Notes under the pieces: model-generated
What the model was told of the DNA's origin: nothing
The model's database searches: none
Seen by the model: only the letters and a program-made list of their open reading frames with translations
Program-made: the position numbers and the translations under genes
Assembly: GCF_037042905.1 (NCBI RefSeq)
Contig: NC_087245.1
Span: 34,536,001-34,600,000, forward strand
Length of the DNA: 64,000 bases
Direction: 5' to 3'
DNA from: Lytechinus pictus
Lineage: Eukaryota
Part shown: positions 14,878 through 29,159 of the stretch, one piece after another
Layout of the letters: each line of letters begins with the position of its first letter
Numbering within the stretch: position 1 is the first letter of the stretch

Positions 14878-15478
14878 AGGTCAAGTCCACTTTAGAAAAC
14901 TGTTGATTTTAATCAATAGAGAAAAATCAGAAAGGCATAATGCTGAAAATTTCATCTTAATCGGATGTAAAATAAGAAAGTTATGACATTTTGAATTTTC
15001 GCTTATTTTTCAAAACATAGTTATATGCACAATTTAGTCACATGCAAATGAGAGAATCAATGATGTCCCTTACTCACTATTTCTTTTGTTTTTTATTGTT
15101 TGAATTACACAATATTTCAATTTTTACGGATTTGAAAATAAGGACCAATTTGACTGAACCATAAAATGTTTAACAATGATATAGTTCCACATGTTCAGTG
15201 AGAAATAAAACTTTGTTTCACAGGATAATGAGGACAAAATTTGAATATTTCATACAATAAAATACAAAAGAAATAGTGAGTGAGTGATGTCATCAGTTCC
15301 CTCATTTGCATACCAACCGGGATGTTGCATATAACTGTTTTGTGAAATAAAGCGAAACTTTAAAATGTCATAACTTTCTTATTTTACATCCGATTTTGAT
15401 AAAAAAAAATCAGTGTTGTGTTTGTTGGATTTTTCTCTTTTTATTCAAATCAACTTTGTGTTGGGGTGGACTTGTCCT
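14878..15478. mobile_element. Kolobok/T2-type MITE, family B copy 1
   Basis: TTAA flanks; termini AGGTCAAGTCCAC / GTGGACTTGTCCT. Confidence 0.88.
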
Positions 15479-15564
15479 TTAAATAACCCGTACAGGGTTG
15501 CTCCCCGGAAAACAAACACAAATGAATATAACATAGATATTTAAAACATACATGAAGAGTTTAC

Positions 15565-16229
15565 ATGCAAAATGGACTAAATCAACTTTTTTTCATTCTT
15601 TATAAATCAACATATTTTATTTCACCCGAATCTATATGTTTCCTTTCAGGAAGTTCTTAAACTATGTTCAACAGTCATTACAAAATGACAATAAAAAAAA
15701 TCCTGGAGATGTCTCTTATTCATATGTCTTTTATATTCATAATATTTATGGATTATGGATTTACTCCCTTTTTGTGAAAATTAAATTTGTTGCTATGTCA
15801 GTCGAAATTTATACAGGTAACTGGTAAACAGACCAGTAAACCATTTCAACATATAGGCTGACAATAGGAAGGGTATATAGGCAGATAGGGCAAGAGAGTA
15901 AAATTATTATATTAGTTATTATTGTTAAACCTTCTGTAGATGTACTACCCCTTTGGACTTTTCCTGCAAAAGGGACTAAATCCAAATCCAAATTTATTTT
16001 ATTTCATATGATTTTATATATGTATATATATATATATATATATGTAAATAATCATATGAAATAAAATAAATTTTTATTATTTTTTTAACTGTCATTTTTA
16101 TAACGTACATTTTATGATTTTTTAAGATAGGAACAAAACTTCCTGAATGGCAAAATTGATTTAGGTGAAATAAAAAAAGAATATTGATTCATGAATATTG
16201 AGCAAAGGTGGATTTAGTCCCTTTTGCAT
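15565..16229. repeat. Old foldback structure with a central perfect hairpin
   Basis: ~15565-15665 is a diverged inverted copy of ~16125-16229; perfect 24-bp arms 15990-16013 and 16050-16073 around a (TA)n loop. Confidence 0.6.
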
Positions 16230-17977
16230 AAAAAGTGTATTGGATTTAGTGGTCTGCTTCAAATTGCCCAATAATCTATACGTTTTATAGGGAATCACGC
16301 TGTGAAACTTGAAAATTTCAATAACATGTTGAAAGATGAAATTTATGGTCTCTCGAAACACGAAAATCTTGCCAAGTTAAATGTTTGCTTTAATGATGTG
16401 TATTTGTTGCTCTGATTTTTCCTTTAAAAATCTTGGGAACCCTATTCCCATATTTGATCTAAATCTGTATATTTATTTTTGTTTTTTTATTGATTGAAAT
16501 AAATTTCAGTGAAAGTTAATTAGAATTAAAAAATAAGGTTTGTGTTCAGTATGTGTAATGTCATTTCGTCCAATAGCCAGTTGGACCAATAACCATGCAG
16601 TTGGACCAACGCCCGACATCCACGTTTGACATTTAGTCAATAGCTATCTCATCCAATAGCCACTTCGTCTTATAGCCATTTCGCCCAGTAGCCAGTTGGG
16701 CCTACAGCCATCTCGTCAAATAAAAAGTTGGGTCAATAGTAATAGCGAATTATTCTATTCAACGAAATCGTATAGCTAATTTACATGATGGGATTATAAC
16801 ACCCTTAAAATATCACCATCATTTCGAACAGTAGGCCTACGTAACACGCCTACACAACTGCTATTGTTTCAAATCTCATATATCTGTTTCCCCGGCTGTT
16901 GAATTGAAGTTAATCGATGGCTGATTTATGTGCAGCTGGGAGAGGGCACAGAATAGGGTCCCATTTGAATATCTGTTTGACAATTTTAGAAATGCCCCCC
17001 CCCCCCTCGGGATGGTATGGGGAGTAAGTTCATCTATTTAGAAAGATCTTCTTTTTTTCTCTCTATTCCTTTGTTATATACTTGTCAGAAAATTTACACT
17101 TATTTTGGTTGAAATATTGTTGGAGGGGCCGGGAGAATCAAAGTTGGCTACTTAATCATTTTTTTATATATAGATTTCCCGTATCACCGCTTTTATGATC
17201 CCCTCTGCTGATTTAACAAAAAAAAAAGAAACGCTTGACCATCGTTCTATCCCTGTTAAATGATTTATACTGTTGTCCAAGGCCACTGGAGCTCTTTGTA
17301 GAAGTATCTCGTATAGGATTACTACTTCATTGGTAAGATAATCACAAAGTACGGGTGAGATTATACTAATTATGAAAATATAAACAATTGCAAATACAGT
17401 TGGCTTTTAGAAGATTACAAAGTAAGTGGCTAATTTGTAGGAAAGGACGCAAAGTGATTTATTCCCGGCACATTGTTTGTAGGCTATAAAATGAAGACCA
17501 CATTAAGCTCACTAATCATGATTTACAGGAAACCATTTAGTTGATTCTAAACAATGCATAAAATGATTTTTATTTTGTTCAATAAAGTGAACAACTCCAT
17601 TCCAAATCCCAATTGCAAACTTAATTCACAAAATATGCTTATGCAAAGTTCAATCTGTGATCGCTTTTAGATACGTATAATACGTATCATTATAATTATT
17701 GTTGTTATTATTATTATAATAATAATTATCATCATATTATTGTTATTTATTATAATTATTATTTATTTGTTATTATTATTATTAGCATCATCATCATTTT
17801 TATTATTCTTATTCTTCTTATTATTACTAATATCATAAGTATAAATTCTAAAAGGTCAATCTCATGAAACAGGTCTCGTAAAAAAAACAATCCATATTGT
17901 TTGATTCATTTTTTTATTGTTTTATCTTGATATTTTTAAAACGTTATTTGTTCTCGATTTATCTATCTATATCTATA

Positions 17978-18014
<37 letters not shown>

Positions 18015-19334
18015 ATTTGTGGCCGGGACACCTGCACTTTGTCCGCCGATGATTACAAGAACATCCTAAAATTCCATAGTGACGAATGAATGGTTAATGT
18101 AGCATATAATATTAATCATGTAATGGCCAACGGTATTGCGCAATAACCACTATCTACAGTAGATAGCAAAACACATCAGACGACTGAAAAAGGCGGTAAA
18201 CCAAATTTTAATTAGTTTGGTCAATATCACGTGGGTACAGGTCTCAATAAGTAGGGGGGGGTGTCAAATCATCATTTCCTTATCTGCATTTACCTGTCAA
18301 AGAAACGATTTGATTTTGCTTATGATTACCAAATTATGATAGAGATGAAAATAAAATTGAATATACCATAGTGTTTTTTAATTTTTTTTTAAAGATGGCG
18401 GTCGGTAGGCCCTATGAGAAGAAATGGAGAAACAGCAAGAGAAGGAGAGAGAGGGAGGGAGAGAGAGGGGTGAACTTTTTCTAATTTAATAAGACAGCTT
18501 TGTTCTTTTACATGTATATACTTAAATATTTATTTTACATAAAGAATTTTGTTCTTGCATGTTTTTTTATGACAAGTTAGGCTTTCATAAGTTTCTCGTA
18601 TTTCACCTGGTTGCATTTTTTGTCAAAAGATGATGTTATCTATACCTTTTTTGTGAAGCATTAGAATTGAATCAGATCGATCAAAAACGGCGTGCGAAAT
18701 GTATGCCTTGCGTTTTTCTATCAGTGAAGATATAATCATTATAGTCGAGTTTATTTCATCGTGTGTTTATCATGATGGTGGAATCATTCTACCATGGATA
18801 ATGATTACTGAGCGGCTCTTAAACACGTTTCTCGTTGACACATGCAGCGCTACAAATGGGTGAACCTCATCTCCTCGACCTAGTACTTGATAATGAGTTA
18901 TTATTTATAAAAACAACACCACTTCTGATCAAAACCACCTTGCTTTGTTTTAGGCAATATGGTTAAGATGAATTTTAGTATGCATCACAAACTAATAATT
19001 TACAGACCTAAACTTCTAGTCGTTTACGATGTATACTTATTTGATGAATCAGTGTCATTGATAAAAAGATCATTATTTATTAATTCATTGCATGCAATTG
19101 TTTTTAATATTTACTTAAAGTTCTAAATTTATGCTTTTTGTAAGTATTGATACTGGTCATTATGGTATACACACATTACTACCCCATGCCTGTATATCGT
19201 CCGACCATACGGTTTGTTTCGTGCAATTCAAATCAGAGAATTAATTTTTGCGACGAGTGTGATGTACATCTCTATGGAGTGTTCAAGCTCAAAGTGGATT
19301 AAACGATTAAAAATTTTCACTCTGTCTCTTAGAG

Positions 19335-19510
19335 ATTGGTGGCTCATTGGTAAATGTCCCGACCGAACGGGAGGTGTTTGGTTCGATTCCCAGCTGAGTC
19401 GTACAAAAGACTTATTATAGAGTCGGTAATTTTTTGTTTAGTTTACAATTAAGCTTATCGTAGGAGAACGGTAATAATATGTTATGTTATAAGGGACCCG
19501 CTTGTAAAAC
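19335..19510 (+). mobile_element. Degenerate SINE of the 9519 family
   Basis: tggtggctcattggta ... ggttcgattccc ... aaagactta ... ggtaataatatgttatgtta. Confidence 0.7.
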
Positions 19511-20173
19511 ATTTCAATAACTGATGTTTCATCTGACCATGGTTTGATAAAGCGTTTATAAAGTGTTATCATCATTATTATCATATTTTCGATTATACAT
19601 GTAAACATTTTACTTCCCATTTACAGGAAGTTATAGTCTACACTGATGTATTGTACTGGCAGAAATCAGTGGTCATTTTACATGATATAGTATGAATATT
19701 ATGAAGATGTAGGGCGTTTGACAGAGTTCAATGTTTATATCGTACTAGTATGTTAACGGCATACACCTCCAATCGAACAATACACGAAACGATATCATAT
19801 TTCTCACCTGCAACAATGCGTTAGTTCATTCACCCTCTGCATATAGCTCAATATTGATGCTCATCGGAGTGGAAATACGAAGTTGATTAGGGCCATAAAA
19901 GGTGCCGGATTTTTGCTATAAATTTGGAATTCAAAATCGTTTTCAAGAATAGTGGTATGTATACCGTATAAAATGGATGCCATTCACGGAAATGTCTGCT
20001 CGTCAGTGTATCAGGGGCTATGGAAGGGTTTTGCAAGTGGGATGGGAGATCTGACCATGCAACAACAAAAAACCACCCCTAAATATATATATATGGGACC
20101 GAACATTATTCTTTAATTTGCTTTCTCTGAAAGTAGAAAGCAAATTAAGGTAAAACGCAATTATAGTCTCACA

Positions 20174-20175
<2 letters not shown>

Positions 20176-20256
<81 letters not shown>

Positions 20257-20259
20257 ATA

Positions 20260-20348
<89 letters not shown>

Positions 20349-20460
20349 ATATCAATATATCTGTCTGTCTGTCTATCTATCTATATATCTGTCTATCTAT
20401 CTACCTATCTTTCTAGTATCTGTCCATCCATCCATCCATCTATCTATCTGTCTATCTATT
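20176..20460. repeat. Compound (ATCT)n/(GTCT)n microsatellite
   Basis: Direct reading. Confidence 0.97.
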
Positions 20461-21464
20461 CCTAAATATCTGGCTGATTGGCCTCCAATCTCTCAAAATC
20501 TACAATAGAATGAACATATTATGATTTAACAAATTAGATATTTTGGGGCTCTTTTGCTTCGCTCGCTGGCAAACTTTACGAACTGGTGCATCATGCCCGC
20601 ATCTCAAGCCCATGTTTTGGCCTTGGATTCGTCCCACCCCTGGATTAAACACCACTGTTTTCAAATGTCACAAATATTCACAGATGAGATCGTGCAGTGG
20701 CGTAATGAGACGAAAATTTTGAGGGGACTTGGAAAAAAGAAAAGCTGTGAAGGGCGGAGCGCGCTAGCAATTTTTCTTTTTTACCTTTTTAAGTTGAAAA
20801 TATTATTATGTGATACATTTTGACATACAAGTCAGAAAATAAAACCATATCACTTTTTTTTCTTTCCTTTTCCTTTCCTTTTCCCCTCTATCTTTTTTAT
20901 TTGTAAAAAATGGGGGGGGGGGGATGGGATGTCCATGCTCCCAAGCCCCCCATCTGCACGCCAATGAGGCAATGTGGTCTGTTGTGCAAACCCTTCACTC
21001 GAGCTAAGGGTCTGAATCTGCAGCCTACCCATGCCTTGTGTACTGAAAGCCCTCTCGCTCAGAATTGAAACAGTCAGTTTTGTGTGTGTGTGCTATAGTC
21101 TTTGCGTGGAGACACACTTGTTGGTCAAAGTTTCTATCAGGGTCTGTGCATGCAGACCAGAGGCCATACACGCTGAGCTTGTGATATGAGATATGAGATG
21201 CGTGTCGGTCATGTTAGATACTGGAATACCATCGTTCGCTGGTGAATCATGTGACACTGACACTTACACATCTTCGGCGTAAAATATATTATCATTTATG
21301 TTGGGGCGATGACTGTGTGAGCATAGAATAAAAGAAAAAAAAACCTATAAAGAAACCTTTAAAAGAAAATCAAGAAAAAGAGGTGAAAGTGAAAAAGGAA
21401 TTATGTTAAAGGGTCATCAAGTATGACGATCAAAATAATTTATAGGTATTAATAAGGTAACATG

Positions 21465-21641
21465 TGATTGATTGATTGATTAACTGTCTCACTGACTGAT
21501 TGACTGATTGATTGATTGATTGACGGAATTATTGATTGATTGGTTGATTAACTGACTAACTCACTGACTGATTGATTGATTGACTGAATGAATGATTAAT
21601 TGATTGACTGACTGAATGACTGAATGATTGATTGATTGATT
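21465..21641. repeat. Degenerate (GATT/GACT)n microsatellite
   Basis: Direct reading. Confidence 0.9.
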
Positions 21642-22391
21642 ACCTATATAGGCCTTTTTCCATGCAACAATTGAACATCCAACATAAAATGAATTAACAA
21701 TAATACTTCATCGTAAAATCAAAACAGTCATTGCATAGGAGGGGACAGTCATTTTATAAGCACATAAGGCTTGAAAAAGGACGCCCCTCATAAATAAATC
21801 AAAATATACAGGCATTTGTATTTTTAAGGTGTCTGAATACATGTAGACTATTTTGATTGTTGTCAGCGTGACTGAGATGAACCCGGGAGATAGTGAACAT
21901 AGAATAGCATTGATTATCATCCTTGTCATACATCATGCATGCAGGTGTGACTAGTGATACTGTGTAAGGTGAAGGTGAAGGACGGATCGGTGAAACACGT
22001 TAAAGGGACAAAGTACGCCCCTCCATATAGGCAAGCATGCAGGAAGGGCGGTTGTCGAGGGGACCGGGTGGCAAGGGGACGTGCGCCTCCCCTCGTATTT
22101 GAATATTGTACTGCAGCCTAAATGGAAGAGGGTCGTCTCACCCCTCCCCACCCCCCCCCCCCCCCGAGATGCACGGAATAGACTGGAGATGGGGAACTTG
22201 GGATGGGATGGGGTGGGGTGGGGGAAGAAGCAAAGAAAGACAGAGAGAATGAGGGGGGGGGGTGGAAAGGACTAGCTGGAAGACGGTTGCAGTTGTAGTG
22301 GGTGGGGTAGCAAGGATAAGGAAAGAAAGAAAACATTATTTTCCACAAAACGTCACAAAAAAAATAATATTAAAGCAAGAGAATGAAGTCT

Positions 22392-22651
22392 TAATAATAA
22401 TGATAACAATAATAATGATGAAGATAACGTCATATTTTACCCAGGGGAGCCACTTAAGTTCTGAATATTGTTCTACCAGCGGGCCCTGCTTAACATGATA
22501 ATGTTATTATTACCCCAGCTTTAGCACGGCTCCCTTGATCGGGTGCTCGAGCATTCGAGGAATTTCTTCCTACGCGGGTATCCATTCGCCTCACCTGGGT
22601 CGAGTGCAGCACAGTGTAGATACATTTCTTGCTGAAGGAAAACACGCCATG
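22392..22651 (-). mobile_element. 5'-truncated SINE (CORE-like body, 9519-type tail)
   Basis: Reverse complement reads ctgcactcgacccaggtgagg...ggggtaataataac...cagggcccgctgg...aagtggctcccctgggtaaa plus a (TTA)n-like tail. Confidence 0.8.
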
Positions 22652-24207
22652 CGTGGCTAAGCATGTCTTCGCCTTTTAAATGACTGCATGATTTATTTAT
22701 TCTAAAATGATAGGTTAAAGAGTCCTAGTGCAGGCCTTTATCCGATTCAATGTTAGAATCATGTTATAACCGCCATTATGCTAATCAAGAAAACATATCA
22801 AAAGGGAGCTTATGTCTTGGTAACCACAACAATTATTATCATAGACATTCTACACACTGGCAAGAAAATTGAACAAGATCTGCACAACAACAAAAAGAAA
22901 CAAAATACATGCAACCAAAAAAATGAACACAATATGTACAACGTAAAAAAGGAGAAAAAAAATCTGTACAATTTACTTAGTTGTGCAGATTTGTTAAAAA
23001 TAATTGTTGTATATATAGAAGGATTGGCTATAGTCTAAACTATTCTCTTTTGCCGCAAGTCGACTTCTATACGTCACAATAAACATGCTTCTCTCAGGTA
23101 ACCATCGAACATTATCATCCACGTCCATATCGCAACCCGACATAACATCTTGCTATGTTCAGTTCATAACGCATAATTGGATCAATTAGAACTGAGGTTG
23201 AAGGTAGCAGCTTAAAAAAAATCGAACGAGCTAAGCACCCAAATTAATTCTTGGAAAACATGCTGTGGCGCTCTTTCGCGTCAAGTGAACTGTAGTCTAA
23301 AAAAAAACACCAGTTGGAGGCTTTTCAGTCACTGAACAAAAATAAACCTTTTTTTAATTAAAGATACAACACCAAACACATAACTTTTTGCAGTCTCATT
23401 GTCCCGAATTCTCAATGCCCCTCAGTTTGATAGAGACAGGTAAATCAAATTATAAAAGGGAAAGTCCACATGCACTGACTTAAACTCAATAACATGAGAG
23501 AACCATCCGTGAATATGTAAATCATTATGTACTTTATTTGGGTCATTTTTATAATGAAGTATTCATTAAGAATGTAACACCATGATCAACATAAAGTTAC
23601 AAACAAATTAAGGGAATTAGTAATGAATACTATTATAGTGTTATACGGTGATATTAATACAGTCGGGTTTTTTTTCCCAAAAGAGCTATGTTAGGCACTG
23701 TGTATTAAATGTATGTTTTTTTAAGATGCAAATCATTTTCATTTTTAAAAATAGAAAATCACCCTTTAGGGGGGCAGGGGCGGCGCTGGGGGTATTTTGA
23801 TAGGGGCGAGACAACTTAAAGGTGACACAATTTTTTTCCCTCTCGAATGAACTCAAGGGGTATTGAAATAACGTTTCACGACCCGGGCATCTCTTTTGAG
23901 ATATTATTCCCTTTTTTACCTCTTTTCCATCTTCTTTTCAAAAATCTTTTCTAGATTTTCACCTTCTTTTCTCTCTTTTTTTTTCACTATTTGAAAAATC
24001 ATATACGATCTCACAGCATTTGATAATGATTTACCCAACGTTCATAATCCTTTTGTTGATATTTTCTCCGTGGTCTCCTTTTGAAGACTAAAACCCAAGG
24101 ACTGTCGCGTGCGTCCCAGGTATAGGGGGCTGTAACACGATTAGAGAAGTTTAGCCACGCAGCCGACCGCAGTATATATAAGCTCAGGACACTGACCGCA
24201 TACTTTA

Positions 24208-24801
24208 AGGATAAATCCACCCCAACAAAAGTTAATTAAATGAAAAATCATATGTACTAGTATAACGCTAGATTTCATCAAAATTGGATGTAAAATAAAA
24301 ATGCTAACCCCAACATTTTAAATTTTCACTTAAGATCGCAAAACAGTTACATAATGTACACAAAGGAGAGAACCTATGTCATGTCCACTCACTATTTCTG
24401 TTGTACATTGTTTTATGAAAATATGACATGTCTGATTTTTTTTTCCTCATTATAGTGTGAAAGAAGGGTTGAATTCTCCTTGAATATGTGGGATTGCCAT
24501 TTTACTTGTAACTTCTTGTAATTCATAAAGATCCTTCCTTATTTTCAAATGTGAAAAAATTGAAATATTCTATATTTCATATCATAAAATAAAAAAATAC
24601 TGAATGCGTGACGCCTTCGACTTTCTCATTTGCATATCATAATGTTGTGGCATATAGCTGTTTTGTGAAAATAAAGCAAAAGTTCAAATTTGTGTAACTT
24701 CATTATTTTACATCCGATTTCGATGGAATTTTCAGCATTATGCTTGTCAGGTTTTTTCCCTTTCAACTCAAATCCATTTTCTTGTTGGGTGGACTTGCCC
24801 T
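24208..24801. mobile_element. Kolobok/T2-type MITE, family B copy 2 (diverged)
   Basis: aggataaatccacccc ... gtggacttgccct then TTAA; internal similarity to the 14878 copy. Confidence 0.8.
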
Positions 24802-25287
24802 TTAACACAGGCTATTGTTGGTCGACGCAGCACAAATGTTTTCTTGAATGACTCAATACTCTTCGCCTTTCCGAGAATTTGAGAGGGTGCCTCGTTGTTA
24901 TAGAGGCGTAGCCCCTGGCTCTTGAAGTGCGTTGATGCAAGCAATATAAGAGTGTGTGTGAGGGTGTGTGTGGAGAGAGAGAGAGAGAAGGAGCGGGGAT
25001 ATGGTCAAACTCTCAGTTCACAAAGATGAGTGTGACGTCACAAAGGGAAGTTTGACCATGTGAATAGAATCGTATCTCTCCCGCAAATCTCCGTGTCGAA
25101 GATCAGATTGAATTGATTTGTGCGTAAAAAACAAACATGTACTTGACCTGACTAGATCAGAAAACACACGAACATAAAATGGTTTCAAGAATAGAACAGA
25201 TATAAAACATCATGATGAAGACTTGATGGGAATAGTGATAATATTACTCTGGGAGTATAATGCAAGTATAATTAGTCGTGACGTGCG

Positions 25288-27110
25288 TGTAGAAGTAGCA
25301 GTAGCAGTAGAAGAAGAAGTAGAAGTAGACGTAGAAGAAGACGTAGAAGTAGACGTAGAAGTAGACGTAGAAGTAGAAATAGAAGTAGATGTAGACGTAG
25401 AAGTAGATGTAGAAGTAGACATAGAAGTAGACGAAGAAGTAGACGTAAAAGTAGACGTAGACGTAGAAGTAGACGTAGAAGTAGATGTAGACGTAGAAGT
25501 AGATGTAGAAGTAGACGTAGACGTAGAAGTAGACGTAGAAGTAGACGTAGAAGTAGATATGGAAGTAGACGTAGATGTAGATGTAGAAGTAGATGTAGAA
25601 GTAGATGTAGAAGTATACGTAGAAGTAGACGAAGAAGTAGACGTAGAAGTAGACGTAGAAGTAGATGTATATAGAACTAGACGTAAACGTAGAAGTAGAA
25701 GTAACAGCAGAAGAAGTAGAAGTAGACGTAGAAGAAGATGTAGAAGTAGACGTAGATGTAGATGTAGACGTAGAAGTATAGACGTAGATGTAGAAGTAGA
25801 CGTAGAAGTAGACAAAGAAGTAGACGTAGAAGTAGACGTAGAAGTAGACGTAGAAGTAGACGTAGAACTAGACGTAGATGTAGTAGAAGTAGATGTACAT
25901 GTAGAAGTAGATGTAGAAATAGACGAAGAAGTAGACGTAGAAGTAGACGTAAAAGTAGACGTAGAAGTAGACGTAAAAGTAGACATAGAAGTAGACGTAG
26001 AAGTAGATGTAGACGTAGATGTAGAAGTAGACGTAGAAGTAGATATGGAAGTAGACGTAGTTGTAGAAGTAGATGTATAAGTAGATGTAGAAGTAGATGT
26101 AGAAGTAGACGTAGAAGCAAACAAAGAAGTAGACGTAGAAGTAGACGTAGACGTAGAACTAGACGTAGACGTAGAAGTAGACGTAGAAGTAGCAGTAGAA
26201 GAAGAAGTAGACGTAGAAGAAGATGTAGAAGAAGATGTAGAAGTAGACGTAGATGTAGACGTAGAAGTATTGACGTAGATGTAGAAGTAGAAGTAGACAA
26301 AGAAGTAGACGTAGAAGTAGACGTAGAACTAGACGTAGAAGTAGACGTAGAAGTAGCAGTTAAGTAGAAGAAGTAGAAGTAGACGTATAGAAGTAGAATA
26401 AGAAGTAGACGTAGAAGTATAGAAGCAGATGTAGAAGTAGAATTGGTATTAGAAGTATAGAAGTAGGTGTAGACGTAGAAGTAGCAGTAGAATTAGAAGT
26501 AGACGAAGAAGTAGCTGTAGAAGTAGGAGTAGTAGTAGAAGTAGACGTAGAAAAGGGGGCAGAAATAAAAGTAGAAGAAGAAGTAGACGTAGAAGTATAG
26601 AAATAGAAATCTCCGTATAGAAGTACAAGTAAAAGTAAAAGTTAAGAAGTATAGAATTAGAAATAAGAATAGCCGTTGACGTAGAAGTAGAAAAAGAAGA
26701 AAAGGTAGGAGTAAAAGAAGTATAGACCTAGAAGTAGTGGTAAAGAAGTAGTATACGTAGACGTAGAAGTACAAGTAGAAATGTCTGTAAATGTATAGAA
26801 TTACAAGTAACAGTAAAAGTAAAAAGCAGTATAACAGTAGAAGTAGAAGTAGGAGACGTAGACGTAGAACTATAGAAGTAGACGTACAAGCAGCGCAGAA
26901 GCAGAATAGAAGTAGACGTAGAAGTAGAAGTAGTAGACGAAGAAGTAAATGTAGAATTGGAAATAGAAGTAGACGTATACGTAGAAATAGAAGTACAAGT
27001 AAAATGAAAGATAACACTGTGGGAGAAATATGATATGAATATATGGATAGAAGGACACGAAGAATGAAATATAGAAATCAAAGTAAAGATGATGTAGACG
27101 CAGAATTAGA
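25288..27110. repeat. ~1.8-kb hexamer satellite (GTAGAA/GTAGAC/GTAGAT)n
   Basis: Direct reading; degenerates toward the right end; explains the STST/VEVD/RLLL ORFs. Confidence 0.95.
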
Positions 27111-28290
27111 GTTTGGAGACTAAGTTTTAAATTTTTAGATTTAAATTGTTATGGCAAAGACACGACAAATACGGAAACATTTAAACAAAACAATAAGTCA
27201 AGCAGGTAAACATTTTTGTTTATAACTTTTCCCCCATGTAAAATTATCATTTTTCGAAGAATCGAACCCGTTGTCTGTATCACCCACTTATGATATTCGA
27301 GGAAAATGTATTATTAGATATACAGCGGACTTGGCTGATTCAGCTGGCAGTTTGTGATTCATGAAATTAACAATGAACTTCAGAGACGAGTAATGTCATG
27401 ACATCATCGATCACGTGCCATGACATCATCACATCAGGTGATCCCTGTCTCGAGTGATCTTTAAATGTTTGTGTTTCCCTATATATTTTGCATTTGTATT
27501 ATGTATAGCCTTTCAAAGTGCGATGGTATACCATAAAGATAATCTTATTATTTCAAGTCATTTAAAGCTAATGTCAACCTTAAGCAAACATAATGCAGGA
27601 ATAAACATGATAAAGGTCTAAATCCATTGCGAAATGGTATGCCTACACGTACATTTCGTCATGATTATTACATCCAAATGACGTATAGGCCTATGAAAAT
27701 AGTGTTATCATTGAGCTTCTAGATTGAAGGATAATAAACCCCCCAAAATTATTTAATGTTAGGCACTTATTTTGAATAATGAAACTTCAGATTTGTTATC
27801 CTGATAGATGCAAAATTTGTTCACTTTGTAATGGGAAGATTCGGATTTTTAACTGAAAAGGTTTATTATTTTTGTCGGGAAGAGATTGGTGTTCGAGCGG
27901 TTAAAAATGTATATAATTCATTTTCCATTCAATATCCATGGGGTTAACATAGTTATTCATGTTAATAATGACTATACGACCGATATAGGATTCAATATTG
28001 CATTAAACAATAACGGTCACTTTTACCATAATATCGGGCTTATATAGGGGTGCACTGGGGGCAACAGCATTATCAATCTTCAGTTTCTGTGATTTGAATG
28101 AGTATATAAATCAGGGAGATACATTTCTTGTTTATTCATTCATCAGCTTTTATCACATTAACAGGCGTCCATCCGGCGATCATTCTTCACAAGGAAAGCA
28201 GAAAATTATGATTAACAGAACATTTTTCTCTCGGAGACGGATACCATTTCGTTTAACACTAGATTTTCATTCACTCAAAAACATCTTTCA

Positions 28291-28454
28291 TACCTCGGTC
28301 ACATTTGTTCTACGGCGGCCGTACGGCGAGTCGAAAACAGTCGTTTTAACAGTTTTGTACCAGCTAATATAAATAGGTGGTTTGAATAAAAATGAATAAA
28401 ATGGCTGTTTTCGACTCGCCGTACGGCCGCCGTAGAGCAAATGTGACCAAGGTA
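28291..28454. mobile_element. Palindromic MITE, probably PIF/Harbinger-type
   Basis: ~55-bp TIRs tacctcggtcacatttg.tctacggcggccgtacggcgagtcgaaaacag; flanks TCA and TAA. Confidence 0.8.
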
Positions 28455-29014
28455 TAAGTCTGTGGGTAACGACACTGACCAGAAGTATAACAGCCGATGC
28501 ATTAATATTCATAAACTTGAGTCCGCAGACTGTTTGGCGACTATCTTTGAGTAAAGCGAGAAGGCGCCAATTCCCAGAACCGCTTAAATTACTCGGGTCA
28601 GCGTTCTCGAAAGCCCTGTCTGCACTGGCTAATCTTCATCGCCTTTTCTTGGTAGTGCACGAAACAATGGACTCGAAACTTGAAGGGATGTCCCCAAAGG
28701 GATCCATGAGTACGCTCCCTTTAAAAAGTGCATTTCGAGACCGCCGTCGATGCAAGGAGGGTGATATTCTTTCAGGGAAAAGCAGCCATTGATTTGCATT
28801 CATTCGTGCACGTCTTACACGCAAGTCATGCAGCACATTGCATCATGGGAGGTGATTGCACGTACGTGCCGACAAAGAGTCATTACCGTGGTATCTCAAG
28901 GTTGTGGGAATAATACAAGGGCACTTCATCCTATTACAATATCTCCGATGAATTTGTAAGATATGTTCGGGCAGAATTCTTGAAGGGTATCGGATTTTTT
29001 TATTTTCTGATCTG

Positions 29015-29159
29015 GGACCCGTTGCAGAAAGAGTTGCAATCAAACGCAACTCTAAAAATCACGCGTAACTTGATTTTCAACCAATGAACAGCGCGCATTT
29101 TGGACTTGCGATTGATTTTTTGACTTGCGTTTAAACGCAACTCTTTCTGCAACGGGCCC
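29015..29159. mobile_element. Palindromic MITE with CTG target duplication
   Basis: TIR GGACCCGTTGCAGAAAGAGTTGC / GCAACTCTTTCTGCAACGGGCCC; CTG on both sides (3-bp TSD, Harbinger-like). Confidence 0.8.

Noticed and set aside
25210..27081. Long ORFs (STST 304 aa, VEVD 285 aa, RLLL 207 aa) as mucin-like or structural proteins
   Set aside because: All arise from one hexamer satellite open in several frames on both strands; no unique domain or convincing splice context.
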